Positions 25,050 to 39,451 of a stretch of 64,000 bases of DNA are shown here, piece by piece (within the stretch, counting starts at the first letter, position 1; each line of letters begins with the position of its first letter). The notes beneath the pieces are model-generated. The model saw only the letters and a program-made list of their open reading frames with translations, searched no databases and was not told the origin of the DNA. The position numbers and the translations under genes are program-made. Source of the DNA: Podarcis gaigeae (Eukaryota); the NCBI GenBank assembly GCA_964106915.2, contig OZ066928.1; one strand, written 5' to 3'.

Positions 25050-26912
25050 GTATATTTTGAACCACTTCTCCATTGATCCCAGGAAATCCCCAAAGATCCT
25101 GTATTCATGGGGAAAATCCCTTTCTGACTGGGTTTTGGCTTGAGCTGGAAGAACTGAGACAACTTTTGTGTGTGTGATTGCACAGAAGCAGCTGTCTATT
25201 CAAGTCATCATCGGAGGAGAAAGGAACTGTAGAAGAACCTGCTGGATCAGGCCAATGTTCTCAGTTGCCTTTGGAAGCTGACAAGAAGGACATGAGTGCA
25301 ACAGTGCTCTCCTCACTTGTGATTCCCAGCAACTGGTATTCAGAAGCATGGAGGTGGAACGTATATGTCAGGGTTATTAGCCATTGAGAGCTTTATCCTC
25401 TATGAATTGGACTAATCCTCTTTTAGAACTATGCAAGGTGGTGGCCGTAGCAGTCTTTTGTGGGTGAGAGTTCCACAGTCTAACTTTGAACAGCATGGAA
25501 AAGTACCCTTTTCACATCTGTCCTGAATCTTCAAACATGCAACTTCCTTGGATGTCAACAAGTCCAAGTATAAGGGAGAGGGAGAACAACTTTTCTCTAT
25601 CCACTATCTCCGTTCTCTATCCACATAATTTTTATGTGCTGCTATCACGTCCCCTCTTAAACTTGCCTTTTCTCTTAAGTAAAAAACCAAAACCCCAAAT
25701 GCCTTTCCTCGTAAACCACATAAGCTGGAGCTGGGGAAGGGCTGCAGCTCAGGGGCAGAGGGCCTGCCTTGCATGCAGAAGTTCCACATTCAGTCTCCAA
25801 TGGCATCTCCAGGTGGGGCTGGAAGAGAACCCTGCCTGAAACCTTGCAGATCGGCTGCCAGTCAGTGGAGACCAGTGTCTCCCAAACTTGCTGTTTTTGG
25901 ACTACAGTTCAGATCATCCCTGACCACTGCTAGCTACGGGTGATGGCAGTTGTAGTCCAACAAAAGACCCAAGTTTGGGAAACGCTGCCCAAGATCATTT
26001 GGAAGGCCATTGCCTGCTTGGTGGGAGGTGAGGACTTAAGAAGAGTCCACCCAGTCTGGCACCCTTTCTGACAGTTGCCACCCAGGTGCCTGTGGGAAGC
26101 AGGACCCCCGTGCACCAGCCCCCTCCCCAACTTCTGTTTCTGAGCAGCTGGAATTCAGAGGCATAGTGCCTTCCGCAGCGGGAGTGGAACACAGCCATTG
26201 TGGCTAGTAGTCACTAGTAGCCTTATGCTCCCTCCCCTTTGCTTTTATGGAATTACGGTGATGGACAGGCAAGCAGGCTGGCCTTGCTCTATTCAGCTGA
26301 CCTCTGTGTGTTCCCAGTGCAGAGCTCAGTGTGTCCTGACTGCAAAAGGTGAAAACTGCAAAGCTTAGCAGAATAAAAGCTTTTGTTAAGCAAACAGGGG
26401 GAAGAGGGAGTGTTTTGTTCCACTCCTTCTTTCTTGACAGATCCTAAACTTATGGATAGTAAGGGCTGGAATGAGGATTGCTAGCATAGTACCCAGAGGT
26501 GCACCTGCACCAACAGAGACCCTGCCTGGGCCCTGTGATTTTTGTGCCCTTCAGAGTTGTTTTGATTTGCAGATGTGCCACCTGGCCATAAAAGATGGGC
26601 AAGCCCTGGGTCAGAAGGTTAATAAATTCAAGGCTGCTTCCACCACCTCAGCACCAAGGCAGGTGTCCCTATCACCAGCTCATTCATGCCATGTGTTTGG
26701 CACAAACTGAGAGCAGGAGAGATGGCAGACTGCATTCAGGCCATGGTGCCTCATAGAGATGGATCCCTGAAGCATATGAGCCAAGCTTCATGCCATGCCC
26801 ACCGTGTTTTACCTACCCTGGTCACCTGCAGTGATCTGGGGCTGGATGGAGTAGAGAATTGCTTCCTGGCACTCAATGGCAGCAGCCAGACTCTGGGCAG
26901 GAAGTAAAGAAA

Positions 26913-27253
26913 AGGTAAAGGGACCCCTGACCATTAGGTCCAGTTGTGGCCGACTCTGGGGTTGCGGTGCTCATCTCACTTTATTGGCCGAGGGAGCGGG
27001 CGTACAGCTTCCGGGTCATGTGGCCAGCATGACTAAGCCGTTTCTGGCGAACCAGAGCAGCACACGGAAACGCTGTTTACCTTCCCGCCGGAGTGGTACC
27101 TATTTATCTACTTGCACTTTGACGTGCTTTCGAACTGCTAGGTTGGCAGGAGCAGGGACCGAGCTCACCCCGTCACGGGGATTCGAACCACCGACCTTCT
27201 GATTGGCAAGCCCTAGACTCTCTGGTTGAACCCACAACGCCACCTGCGTCCCT
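26913..27253 (-). mobile_element. Sauria SINE with TSD
   Basis: Near full-length; TSD gaagtaaagaaa at 26901-26912 and 27254-27265. Confidence 0.92.
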
Positions 27254-30200
27254 GAAGTAAAGAAAGGTCACCCCAAATATCAGAGGTCAGGAAGCTGCAC
27301 CTGACCAGTGGACCAGGACATTTCCACCCTCCACCACTTGTGGGCCAAGTCTGGCAGGTGGTTGGAGCCACCCACCTGCCAGTAGCCCAGCGCTGCTCAA
27401 GATGCTGCTTCTCCAGATCCCACAATTAGCCAGTATTTTGGGTCTTCAGAAGCTGCTTTCAAGCTCACAGAGTGTTTTTCTTGGGGTTTTGAAGGCATCG
27501 CTCATCAGCAGATTGGCGGTGGCAGGCAACCTCCTTGGGGCTCAGACAGGGTTTTACCTCTGCCGCACCTGGTGCCATGTGTGACACAGGACATGGCATA
27601 TATAATTATTGGGCTGGAAAGGGGCACTGAGTGTGCCATGTTTATTTAACCTTTTCTTGTTTTCTGCCTTCTCCCCCACAACCCTTGTGAAAATGGATTC
27701 TTAAGCACACAGAATAAAAAAACAACAACAAAGCACCAAACCTCAGCAAATGTTTGCAACCCCAGACAAACAGGGCCTCCAGACATCTCCATCGCCTGGA
27801 AGCACATGCTGAAGCCTCTAGCTTGGAACAGCAAGTGGGGCCTATTGAGACGCTTTGCAAACAGAGGCAGGGGGAATGTTCATTGGTGCCAGTTCAAACA
27901 AAGGATCCTGGCAGGTGGCCACCTTTGGCCACACAACAAAACACTCTGCTTTGATTCATTTCACAGCACGCTCTTTTCTGAGTGGTACCAGGCAGCCCAT
28001 ATTCACCTGTAAACACACAATCCTTTATTATTATTATTAAATTCAGGAGTGGGGAGCCTCAGGGCCAGGGCACAAATGTGACCCTCTCTTTGGCCCTTGG
28101 GATTCTTCCCCAGGCCACAGCCCTTCATTGCCCTTTACTGTGCCCTTGAATGCTTTTGCCTGGTTGGAAATATGGCCTTGAACTCTGATCATGCCTCTTG
28201 CTCACCTGGCTGTGTAGAAAGTACCCTCCTGTGCACAGGTAAAATCTGCCAATTTTTTCCTCTAGCCCCTCCCACCATTGTCCTGTGACCTTTGGGAAGT
28301 TGCCCCAAAGGAAATGCAGCCCTTCAGCTGAAGAGGGTTCCCCACCCCAATTTACTTATTTGTTACATTTCCAAGAATATGCACACTGTGTATAACTTGT
28401 TCTGCACCATAATCAAAGAATTATAACCCCAGGATTTATCTTGCCTTCCTATATTCTTGCAATTTAAGGATTATATTCATGCAAGAGAATATAAAATGGT
28501 CCATGCATGGGACTTCTCTTACAAACCTGACCATGCACCACAAAATCTCCCCCAAAGGTTTTGCTTGTTCCTGAGGGCAAATACTGGATGTTGCTTCATT
28601 GCCATTGGCTGGTCATGACATTTTAATTATGCCGCACCCTGGAGTGAGTTCCAGTTTAACTATGTGCTGTGTGAAGAAGGACTTTCTTTTGTGGGTCCTG
28701 AATCTTCCAACATTCAGCTTCATTGAGTGTCCCAGAATTCCACAGTGGAAAGCAAAGGGACACATACCAGAGTGCACAATGAAGCAGTGATAACCAATCG
28801 TTTGAATTGGAGCACTGCACAGTTAATTTCCATCACTTGGAATTTTACTGTGTTATTATCATGGCCTTAGTTGGTTGTGGAAAACACTGTTTTGAATAAT
28901 GCTTTTTATAAGATAGGGCAGTGAGCACTTGGGGAGGAGTTTATGGAACCAAGGATGTGGTGGCGTAAAAAGGTTTGAGAACCATTGATTTGCAAGTTTT
29001 GTTTTAAACATTTCTGTCCTGGGTGACCAGAAGCCATGACACCTAAACCAGTTAAGAGTAAAGAAGCTACCCAGCATGCAGTCTGTGATAATAAGCCAAA
29101 ACTTTGGTTCTATGTGAGCCTTGAGGAAACACTCTCCCCAAAACCAGGCTGCGAATAAATCACACATGGAAGCATCCTGGCTGGCAGTATTAATGCAATA
29201 CACTGAGGCTTGGAGGCACCTAAAGAGCTTCCTCCTTGATACTATACAGGGTACAGCATCGTTCCTTTGCAAAACCCGTGAGCTTGTGAGATCTCCAAGC
29301 CAAATTAGGAGATTTCAGGTCTGCTTGTTGATTGACTTGGATAATAAGAATCTGGGATGGGATATATACACCCCAACCTGTTGCCCTCCAGATGTTTCAG
29401 GATGGTGGGATTTGTAGTCCAAAATGTCTGGAGAATGCCAAGTTGTGGGGAGGGGTTGTAGACAGAAAACATGGCAGAGTTTAATTAAGGCAGATAACAG
29501 GACAGCGTGTTCATTGAGAAACCCTTTTATTTTGTAATAAGGAGACCATAAATCTAAACACTTTGTTGAGTAAAATTTAATTATTGGGAACAGAAGCAAG
29601 ATTTCCAGTGTCCTTTATTGGAATAGCTGTAATAATCTTGCCTTTTTATTTTTCCACCCCTCCATGTTCTCTATAATATCCACTTTCTTCTTCTGTATAA
29701 TTGTGTTTGATTTACACTTTCTCTCTTACTAACCTTGTTAAAATATTAATAGAATTATAGAATCACAGAACTGTAGAGTTCTAGCCCAAGCTCCCTGCAG
29801 TGCCGGAATCTCAGCTAAAGCATCCATGACAAGTTGCCATCCAACCTCTGCTTAAAAACCTCCAAGGAAGGAGAGGCCACCACCCTCCAAGGGAGTCTCT
29901 TCCATGGTCTAACAGCTCTTACTGTCGGAAAGTTCTTCCTGGAATGTCCTTTCTTGTAACTTGAAGCCATTGGTTCGAGTCCTGCCTTCCAGAGCAGGAG
30001 AATTTGTCTATAAGTCTTTTAGAGTCATCCAAGTTGATGGCCTTCAGCGCTTCTTCTGGCGGGAGCGAATTCTTTGGTTTAACAGGCAGCCACGGTGTGC
30101 CCTGTTCTCAAAAGTAAACGGGGATGGTTAGATATTGATAGCATTAATGGTTTAGCTAGCACACTGCTCTCTCATGCCTGGAGAAATCCCACTGGAGGAG

Positions 30201-30347
30201 TAGCAGACACAGCAGCCCATTTTCTGTTGCAGTCTGTTGGGAAAGGAGGGATTTCAAAACTAGACTGGTGCTCCTGATTTTATTCAGTGTTCCTGCTTCT
30301 CTTCCACCTCCCCTCTCCCTTTCCCCTGCAGGTGCTTGTTTTAATGC

Positions 30348-30420
30348 ATGAACATGGCCAGCACTACACAGATATCCAAAGATGAGCTAGAGGAACTCAG
30401 GGAGGCCTTTGCCAAAGTTG
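30348..30420 (+). CDS. PLS3: Plastin-3 first coding exon (acceptor at 30330-30331, short 5'UTR 30332-30347): [24 protein letters not shown]
   Basis: Polypyrimidine tract + cag acceptor and gtgagt donor. 73 coding nt; the peptide matches the plastin-3 N-terminus (human [24 protein letters not shown]). Confidence 0.93.
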
Positions 30421-30678
30421 GTGAGTGTCTATTATGGCTTACAGCACCATGAATTATGCATCCAGGTGTCAGGAGTGGGTGCCTCTGCTCTGGGAGCAGC
30501 AAACTGGATCCCAAATTCTCTCCAGCGTGGTGTCTCTGTGTGCCAGGTTTGTTCGTGCTGCCCCCTAGTGGGTGATCTTAGCCAGATAATATACAGAACA
30601 GAGCCAAAAGTCTGAACTGAAAGGAACCAGTTCTATTTAAATGATCATAAAAATATGGCTATATTTATTGAAAATGTA

Positions 30679-30679
<1 letters not shown>

Positions 30680-30720
<41 letters not shown>

Positions 30721-30770
30721 TTAAACCCCCCCCCCCGATCTGGGCGGCTCCCAACAGAATTAAAAGCATA
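30680..30770 (-). repeat. (AAT)n microsatellite derived from an L2 3' tail remnant
   Basis: (AAT)n followed by ctgggcggctcccaacagaattaaaagc, matching the 3' ends of the larger L2 copies. Confidence 0.7.
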
Positions 30771-31562
30771 TGAGGTTGTGATCCAGCATCGTTCTGTATT
30801 TTCCCTGCAACATTAACCCAACATAGCAGAAGCAGTGTTTCCTTCCAAGTAGACCTGGTTTGGTCTGCAATGGAAGCCTTTGCTACTGCTTTAATGCCGC
30901 CCTTGTGAGATTCAGGGGGGTGGGGGCATTAGAGGGGCTTCTCTGCAGCACTCCCCAAGCTGCAAATTGTGTCCTCACTATGGGATGAGCTTTGGAAGTC
31001 AGGTCAAGAAGCACCTTTTGGGAAGATGGAAGATAAGGTCAGTCTGTCCCTCCCATTGCAATCTTGCTTTGCTTTCTGTTTGCCGTTTATTCGGTTTCAT
31101 AGTGCTTATGTCTTACTTGGTTTCCTTTCTGCGTTGAGCCGTATGTAGCCTCACCCTGGGACCACATGGTGAAGCACAGGCTACAAATGCATGCTTATAT
31201 ATGAGTATGTACACCTGCTTTCCCCATTGTATGGGATGCACTCCTTAGTGGGGTGCCCCTGTCTCCATCATTATGAACTCCCAGGAGTCATTTGAAAACT
31301 TTCCTGTTTACCCAGACATTTGCTGGCTAAGGAATACAGTTCCTGGTAACCCCAAGATCACTGGATGATAACTGTTTTTAGAATGTTTTAACTGTTTAAG
31401 AATGCTTTTAAAATAAATACCTAATTAAATAAATGTGGGTGTTGTGGGCTCATTTGAGAGCAAGGGCAGAATACAAATTCAGTAAGTAAGCAAGCAAGCA
31501 AGCAAGCAAATGAATGAACAAATCTATATTTTGTGACTTAGAAGCAGCTTAGAACAACCTAA

Positions 31563-31802
<240 letters not shown>

Positions 31803-32445
31803 TAAAAAAACTCCCTGCTTCTAGTCCCCCGTGTCTCTTCCAGTCCTAGAACCTCAGTGCCTGCATCTGCTGCAAAGCAGCCATCTGTGATGGTGAGGGG
31901 CATTGTGCCACACACAGCAGAGCTGAATGGACTGATCTGAAATTTTATTCCACTTCTTAAAGGCCTTGAAACCTCTGGGCCTCTCTTTCCCAAACAACAA
32001 TGCCATCCACCCCCAATACCACTTGGGAAAACTTGAGGGAATCTCAAAAGCAGTTTGTGGTGTGGTATTTTGGCAGCTGGGGGCTCTGCTATCCAAAGGC
32101 AAAAATCTCCCCAGACTTCCTCTAGCCCTTTGACTCCTTTAGGTGTTCTAGTTGATTCTGATCTAATAGCATGTGAGATACTTACCTGCTGTGCTTTGGA
32201 GCTGCACCAACAAGCGCAGGAGACTTGTGTCATCCTATCTTTCAGGAGGGGTGAATTTGCAGCCCACCACATGTTGCTGAATTACTGTTCCCAACCCTGA
32301 TGTTTTTCTGTGCTGGCCCTGGCTGATGGGAGCTAGAATCTAACAACATCTGGAGGGCTGCTGGTTCTCCAATCCTGATCTCAGTTCCCCAAGTGCCAAG
32401 ACAGGACCAGCCAGGCATAAGAGAGTACTATCAGCAAGTTGTATA

Positions 32446-32572
32446 GAATCATAGAATTATTGTTGGAAGGGGCCGTGTGGGTCATCTAGTCTATCTCCTG
32501 CAATGTAGGAATATTTTGCCTGTTGTGGGACTTGAGCCCAGATTAAGAGTCTTATTCTCTACCAACTGCACT
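32446..32572 (-). mobile_element. tRNA-Lys-like/CR1-tail SINE, degraded
   Basis: gaatcatagaatt...ggtcatctagt...caggaat-type tail plus gattaagagtct (reverse complement of the Lys anticodon arm). Confidence 0.7.
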
Positions 32573-32778
32573 ACTTTGTGGAAGCTCCAAAATTTGTAGA
32601 AGTACCATGAAATATTTAGGGGTGGGACCCTTGTGGGTGGGGGATGGGGAGACTCAAAAAAACAGCCCAATGCAGACTTTGTTCAGTGGTCATGAAATGC
32701 TCACTGTTTGTTTGTTTGTTTGTTTGTTTGATGGATGGGGTATCATAAACCATGTGCCATGTGCGCTAGAATGGAGTA

Positions 32779-33015
32779 CAGTCATACCTTAGGTTGAAGT
32801 AGCTTTGGGTTGCGCTCCATGGCAACCCAGAAGTGACGGAGCACGTTACTTCTGGGTTTTGCCGCTCGCTCATGTGCAGACGCTCAAAGTGACATCACGC
32901 GCATGTGCGGAAGCGGCGAAACACAACCTGTAGACACGCAGTCGTGTCTTACGTTTACTTCATGATGCGAAAAGGGCTCCGGAACGGATCCCGTTCATAT
33001 CCAGAGGTACCAATG
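32779..33015. mobile_element. Tc1/mariner-superfamily MITE, degenerate
   Basis: TA|cagtcatacctt ... gaggtaccaatg|TA ends, related to 8388-8617. Confidence 0.65.
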
Positions 33016-33333
33016 TAGCTGGAATCCTGAACAGAAAAGGCACGGCAAAAAGGTTTGTCTTGTGAGCTGGTTCTCACTGAGGTGGCAAACCCAGGTTGTG
33101 GTTGCAGCCTTTGAAATGTCTATTAAGGGTTTTCCAGGATTGGGTGCTCCTTCATGCTGAGCATTCTGCTCCACATACACCTGGGTCCCCATTTCCTACC
33201 TGCTGAAACTCCTTATTATTGAGGTTGGGTTTGGCAAAGCATACAACCACAATCAGCCTCCAAGCTTCAGGTCTGACATAGTGCAGCTCAGGTACAGGCT
33301 TAATATGTCGCTAAGAGCCAGGCCTATCACTGA

Positions 33334-33495
<162 letters not shown>

Positions 33496-33748
33496 TGAAA
33501 TAATCTTTTGGACTAAGTTGAAATACATTCCTGCATCCTATGCTACTGAGGTTTATTTTCTCTGCCTCTTTTTTGTGCCCTTGGGGTGTAAATTGGGTGC
33601 AGAGACAGCACTCCTAGGAAGACCCCATCAGTTATTTTCAGGCACCACCTCAATTCCCTCCATGCCGGTGATGCAAATCCCTAGCTCCAGCTGCATCCTG
33701 GGACCCATGTGCTGTGGCTGAAATGATGCATGGAGTCACACACCATAG

Positions 33749-33978
33749 CAGTGTGGTGTAGCGGTTAGCATGTTGGGACTAGTACATTGGAGACCAGGGT
33801 TCAAATCCCCACTCAGCCATGCAGCTCACTGGGTGACCCTGGGGGCCAGGCCCTGCCTCTCAGCCTAACCTACCTCGCAGGGTGGTTGTGGCGATTAAAT
33901 AAGGAGGGGAAGAACCATGGATCCCACCCTGAGCTCCTTGGGAGGAGAAACTAGGATCTAAGTGCAACAATTAAACAA
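33749..33978 (+). mobile_element. MIR-like/CORE-type tRNA-derived SINE
   Basis: A box tggtgtagcggt, B box ggttcaaatcc, core ctcagcctaacctacctcgcagggtggttgtg. Reverse copies near 37110-37295 and 46683-46920. Confidence 0.7.
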
Positions 33979-34188
33979 TTGCCCGGCAACAGATACTTAG
34001 GGGTGCTATTGCCACCTACTGTGGAGGCAGATCATTGCTGTCATGGTGAGTGGTCCTCTTTTAAAGCTATCTAGATTGGTGGCCATCACTGCCTCCTGTG
34101 GGAGGGAGTTCCATAGTTTAACAAGGTGCTGTGTGAAGGACTTCCTTTTGTCTGTCCTGAATCTTCCAACATTCAGCTGTGTTGGGTA

Positions 34189-34545
34189 CAGTGGTGCCCC
34201 GCAAGACGAATGCCTCGCAAGATGGAAAACCCGCTAGACAAAAGGGTTTTCCGTTTTGGAGGCGCTTCGCAAAACGAATTTCCCTATGGGGTTGCTTCGC
34301 AAGACAAAAAAAATCTTGCATCCCCCCCGCGGGGTTCTTTCGCTTTTTCTGCCCTTTTCTTAAGCCGCTAAGCCGCTTATCAGCTGTTCCGCTGATAAGC
34401 CGCTTAACAGCTGATCGCTGGAAGCCACTTGACAGATGTAGCGCTAATCTGCTAAGCTGTCAATGGGCTTGCTTCGCAAGACGAAAAAACCGCTAGACGA
34501 AGAGAATCGCGGAACGAATTCTTTTCGTCTAGCGAGGCACCACTC
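34189..34545. mobile_element. Tc1/mariner-superfamily MITE, CpG-rich (young)
   Basis: TA|cagtggtgccccgcaagacgaa ... ttcgtctagcgaggcaccactc|TA, with internal repeats of cgcaagacgaa/cgctagacgaa. Confidence 0.85.
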
Positions 34546-35470
34546 TATAACCAATGTGGTGCCCTGTAGCTCCTATTCTTCTGACCCTTGGCCATGCTGG
34601 CTGGGACGGATGGGAGTTGGAGTCCAACAACACCTGGAGGCCACCAGGTTCCCCAGCTTTGCCATAAGCTATTACTGGAATGCACTCCCTGTTGGGTGTG
34701 AGATTCCAAGGAGGCCTTGTGGAGCCAGGGATCTCACTTGGCCCTCTTCACCCAGTCATGCTCTCTCGGCCTAACCCAGCTTGCCTCCCTGTGTTTTTGT
34801 GAGGATGAAAGAGAGAGCCATCCCATCAGTGATCTGTGGTAGAAACGTGAAGGCTAAATAAATAAACAGACAGTGGAACAGATCAAAACTCAAGAATTCA
34901 GTTTGCAGTCATGGTTCCCAAAGTGATTGGTAGCACTCCCTGGTGGGCAGTAAGATCACCTGGAGGTGTACTATGGGGGATTTGACCCCAGATGCCACTG
35001 GATCAAAGTTCAGTTTCATGGAATTAATTAAATGAATCAATTTAATTGTATTCCAAGTCAATGTACAATTAAGCATTACTGTTTTGAATTTATCTCCACG
35101 GCCTTAGTGGGTCTTGGAAGCTGCTTTGTGAATAATTCTTTATCAAAGATAGGGTGCATTGGGGAGGAGTTTTATCTGAACAGTTCAGATGGTCTCTGCG
35201 TATGTGACACAGTTAAAAGTTGTGCAGATTTGTGGGAGGCCTATAGTTAATTGCTTGAGCCCCAGGTGTTGTTTGGTATTTCATTGTGGATCACTCAAAC
35301 ACCAAAGCCATGAACTTCCTATGGGTCAGCCCCCACCTTCTGCAGTATCTAAAGTGATTAGATGTGGGTGGGGGGGAGCCTGTCCCAGGGTTTTCTGGTG
35401 CCTGATGAGGCTCTGAGTCCTCTTGTTTTGCTTGCCACCTGTGTGAGCCCTAAACATACAATGAACTTGA

Positions 35471-35623
<153 letters not shown>

Positions 35624-37300
35624 TGAGTTTTTTCTTTGGAGGGCTTTTGCTCTCTGGAATTATGGATGCAATTAGAAAGGTGCAGAAAGGGGAAAATTGT
35701 AATCTCCAGTTAAGTGACATTCCTATATTAGCTTTCCTGTTGATGTTTTAGATTGTCACACTTCACATGGGTTCATTTGATATCACACTTACCTCCAATA
35801 ATTTTATTTTACTTTTAGTCTTTAGTCTTTATTCCATTATGTTTTCAGAGAGCTCAGGGTGATGTACATATTATTAACCATTCGTTTAAAGGATTTTTTT
35901 ATCCCACTCTTCAGTCAAAAAACTCCCCCAGAGCAGCTTATCAATTGCAACTTTAAATAGCAAAATGAACCAAAAAAATCAGTCTGTATAATTTAATGGC
36001 ACAAAAGGAAAGTGAATTTGGAGGGTGATGGAAATAAGGAAACTCGGGTACAAGTTCCATACCAGCTGGGATGGAAAAGCTCAAGGAGAGGTCAGTGTTC
36101 AGAGAGGTCAAGGAGAGGTCAGTTTTCCAGTGGAAGTGTGGACTCTCACATACTAAAGCACACATGATTTTATTCTTTAAAAAAGGAGGTTAGGCTGAGA
36201 AAGACTGATTGACACAGCTAATTGGGGATTTGAACCTGAGTCTCCCACATCTACATCTGCAGCACTGACTGCTCCCTATTGACTTAGCATAGAGCACCAG
36301 TGGCAATGTTGAAACCAGCTCTTGTAACTCTGTATGTTAGCTCTTCCCTCCTGTCTAAAGTTCACAGTGTATGGTTTAGGTTGTCCTGTTGGGTATTTTG
36401 TATGTGCTATAGAAGTTCAGCCAAGTGGCTAAGCTCACCACAGGAAGAAAAAAACTGTGTAGCAGAGATTGCTTTTACTTGGCCTACACAAACACATGCA
36501 CAAAATATGCACATACTATTTAAAGCTGCTACAGTAAATTTTCTCTTTCTGAGCCCAGAGGGGTTCTTTGCTTGCCAATTCCTTGCAGAGTCCACAAGGC
36601 AAATGCAAAATCTAGTTGCTAACAAAGTTCTGCAACTTCCAGAGTTCTCAGAGTCCTGAAGTTCTGAGTCTAGAGGTCTTGCATGTTGCTCGTCGTCTGT
36701 CAGACGAACCCTTTAGAACGTCTTCCACATTTTCACAGGCTTGTTCCAACAATCTCCACATTTCCCATAGATTCTCCTGCACGCCCCAGCACTGCAGCTT
36801 GAGCCCTTTTCTGCCCTGTGCCTAGTGATAGTTGGCCCAGCAACAGAGACATGACAGTCACAAGATGCCTCAGCTGCACATGGGCAAAATAACATTTCTG
36901 CCAACTCATGGAGAGCAAACCCCATGGTTTTTTTCCAGTTTCCTTAACGCTTTCCTTATTCCCGGATTAAAAGTACATGATTTAAGCCTTAAGTATATGG
37001 CTTTGGTCCTGTCCACCCGAAAGATCCTTTCTTCGTATCCACGAACCTACGTGGATGCCAAGATCCTTTGTTGATCACCCTCTCTTCATCCCATCAACTT
37101 CAGAGTAGCAGTTTATTCATTATTTCTTCATTACATTTGTACCTTACCTTTCCTCCAAAGAGCCCAAGTGGCGTACCTAGTTCTCCCTGCTCTTCTTTTC
37201 ATCTACACAACAGCCCTGTGAGGTAGGTTAGTCTGAGAGGCAGGGACTGGCCTAAGGTCACCCAGGGAACTTCATGTCTGAATAGGGTCTCCCACATCTT

Positions 37301-38580
37301 ATAGAATCATAGAATCATAGAGTTGGAAGAGACCACAAGGGCCATTGAGTCCAACGCCCTGCCAAGCAGGAAACACCATCAGAGCACTCCTGACATATGG
37401 TTGTCAAGCCTCTGCTTAAAGACCTCCAAAGAAGGAGACTCCACCACACTCCTTGGCAGCAAATTCCACTGTCGAACAGCTCTTACTGTTAGGAAGTTCT
37501 TCCTAATGCTTAGGTGGAATCTTCTTTCTTGTAGTTTGGATCCATTGCTCCGTGTCCGCTTCTCTGGAGCAGCAGAAAACAACCTTTCTCCCTCTTCTAT
37601 GTGACATCCTTTTATATATTTGAACATGGCTATCATATCACCCCTTAACCTCCTCTTCTCCAGGCTAAACATGCCCAGCTCCCTTAGCTTCCAGGCCTTT
37701 GACCATTTTGGTTGCCCTCCTCTGGACACGTTCCAGTTTGTCAGTGTCCTTCTTGAACTGTGGTGCCCAGAACTGGACACAGTACTCCAGGTGAGGTCTG
37801 ACCAGAGCAGAATACAGTGGCACTATTACTTCCCTTGATCTAGATGCTATACTCCTATTGATGCAGCCCAGAATTGCATTGGCTTTTTTAGCTGCCGCGT
37901 CACACTGTTGGCTCATGTCAAGTTTGTGGTCAACCAAGACTCCTAGATCCTTTTCACATGTACTGCTCTCAAGCCAGGTGTCACCCATCTTGTATTTGTG
38001 CCTCTCATTTTTTTTGCCCAAGTGCAATACTTTACATTTCTCCCTGTTAAAATTCATCTTGTTTGTTTTGGCCCAGTTCTCTAATCTGTCAAGGTCGTTT
38101 TGAAGTGTGATCCTGTCCTCTGGGGTGTTAGCCACCCCTCCCAGTTTGGTGTCATCTGCAAATTTGATCAGGATGCCCTTGAGTCCATCATCCAAGTCGT
38201 TGATAAAGATGTGGAATAAGATCGGGCCCAAGACAGAACCCTGTGGCACCCCACTAATCACTCTTCTCCAGGATGAAGAGGAACCATTGATGAGCACCCT
38301 TTGGGTTTGGTCAGTCAGCCAGTTACAAATCCACTCAGTGGTAGCATAGTCAAGTCCGCATTTTACCAGCTTCTTTACAAGAATATCATGGGGCACCTTG
38401 TCAAATGCCTTGCTGAAATCAAGGTAGGCTACATCCACTGCGTTCCCTTCATTTACCAGGCTTGTAATTCTGTCAAAAAATGAGATCAGGTTAGTCTGAC
38501 ATGACTTATTTTTCAGAAATCCATGCTGACTATTGGTGATCACAGCATTCCTTTCTAGGTGCTCACAGACTGTTTGCTTA
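37301..38580 (-). mobile_element. Young CR1 LINE, 5'-truncated, with a largely open RT frame
   Basis: ORF 37665-38543 contains [27 protein letters not shown] and FADD. The C-terminal part is in another frame after a short deletion near 37688; (attctatg)n tail. Confidence 0.95.
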
Positions 38581-39451
38581 AACAGTCCCGCTGGTGGTGA
38601 TGTGAGAGAGCCATTTGTGTGGTCTCTGCCATATTGTGGAATTCCCTCCCAAGATAGGCCAGCCTGGCTCCCTCCTTGGTAGTCTTCCTCTGGCAGCCTA
38701 TATGACCTTCCTATTCAAACAGACCTTTTGAAATGGAAGCGCAGACTATTCTGATCTCTGGGATGCTGTCAGGGCAAACTGCATTTTAATCGCTGGTTCT
38801 GAATTCACCCTGTTGAGGTTTTTTTAAAAAAAAAAATTGGGTTTTGTTTGTTTTATAACTTAGTATTTATAAAGTCGTTTAACAATTGTTGGAAGCTGCC
38901 TTGAATTCCAACTTAGGAGAAAGGCAGGATATAAATACTGATACTAATTCTAATACTGTATTCCCCTCTGTCCAGCCTCTACCTGCAGCCATCAATGGGA
39001 AGCACAAGAAAGAAGCCAGCATTTTAAATTCCAGGCTTCTCTCTCATTCATTTCACAGGCCTCATACAAGCGATTTTGACAAGCCACCTGTCAGTCATGT
39101 GGCATCATCAGGATGTGTGGCTGCTGCTGGTGTGGCCCCATCCACCTTCCCAGTTTGGTTTGCAAGGCCAGTCCTGGTAAGAATCCAGGACATGGAACAA
39201 AAAAGTCTCTGCACCCCTGCTTTTAAGGGTAACTTTGCTAAAAATAATTTAGATCACAGGAGGGGAAAACTTTTTTTAAAGTTCACATATATTAATGAAG
39301 AATTCATTTTTTAAAATTCCTTGCTTCTTTGAGCAACATTGCAGTAATATAGCACTAATATTATTTAGAGGAGTTATTCTGCAAACGCCGTTTAATCATG
39401 CCCTGCACCCTTTCACTGAATCCCCCCCCCCTCCTCTCACATGAGTGCATA

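Noticed and set aside
748-30300. Short 60-185-aa ORFs in the first 30 kb (e.g. 16040-16597) as genes; any CRISPR or prokaryotic system
   Set aside because: The ORFs have no recognisable domains and most overlap repeats or microsatellites. The DNA is vertebrate intronic sequence with no repeat-spacer array.
37665-38543. 292-aa ORF (and the 230-aa ORF at 48829, 174-aa ORF at 12227) as host genes
   Set aside because: They are CR1/L2 reverse-transcriptase fragments with LINE tails, truncations and frameshifts.
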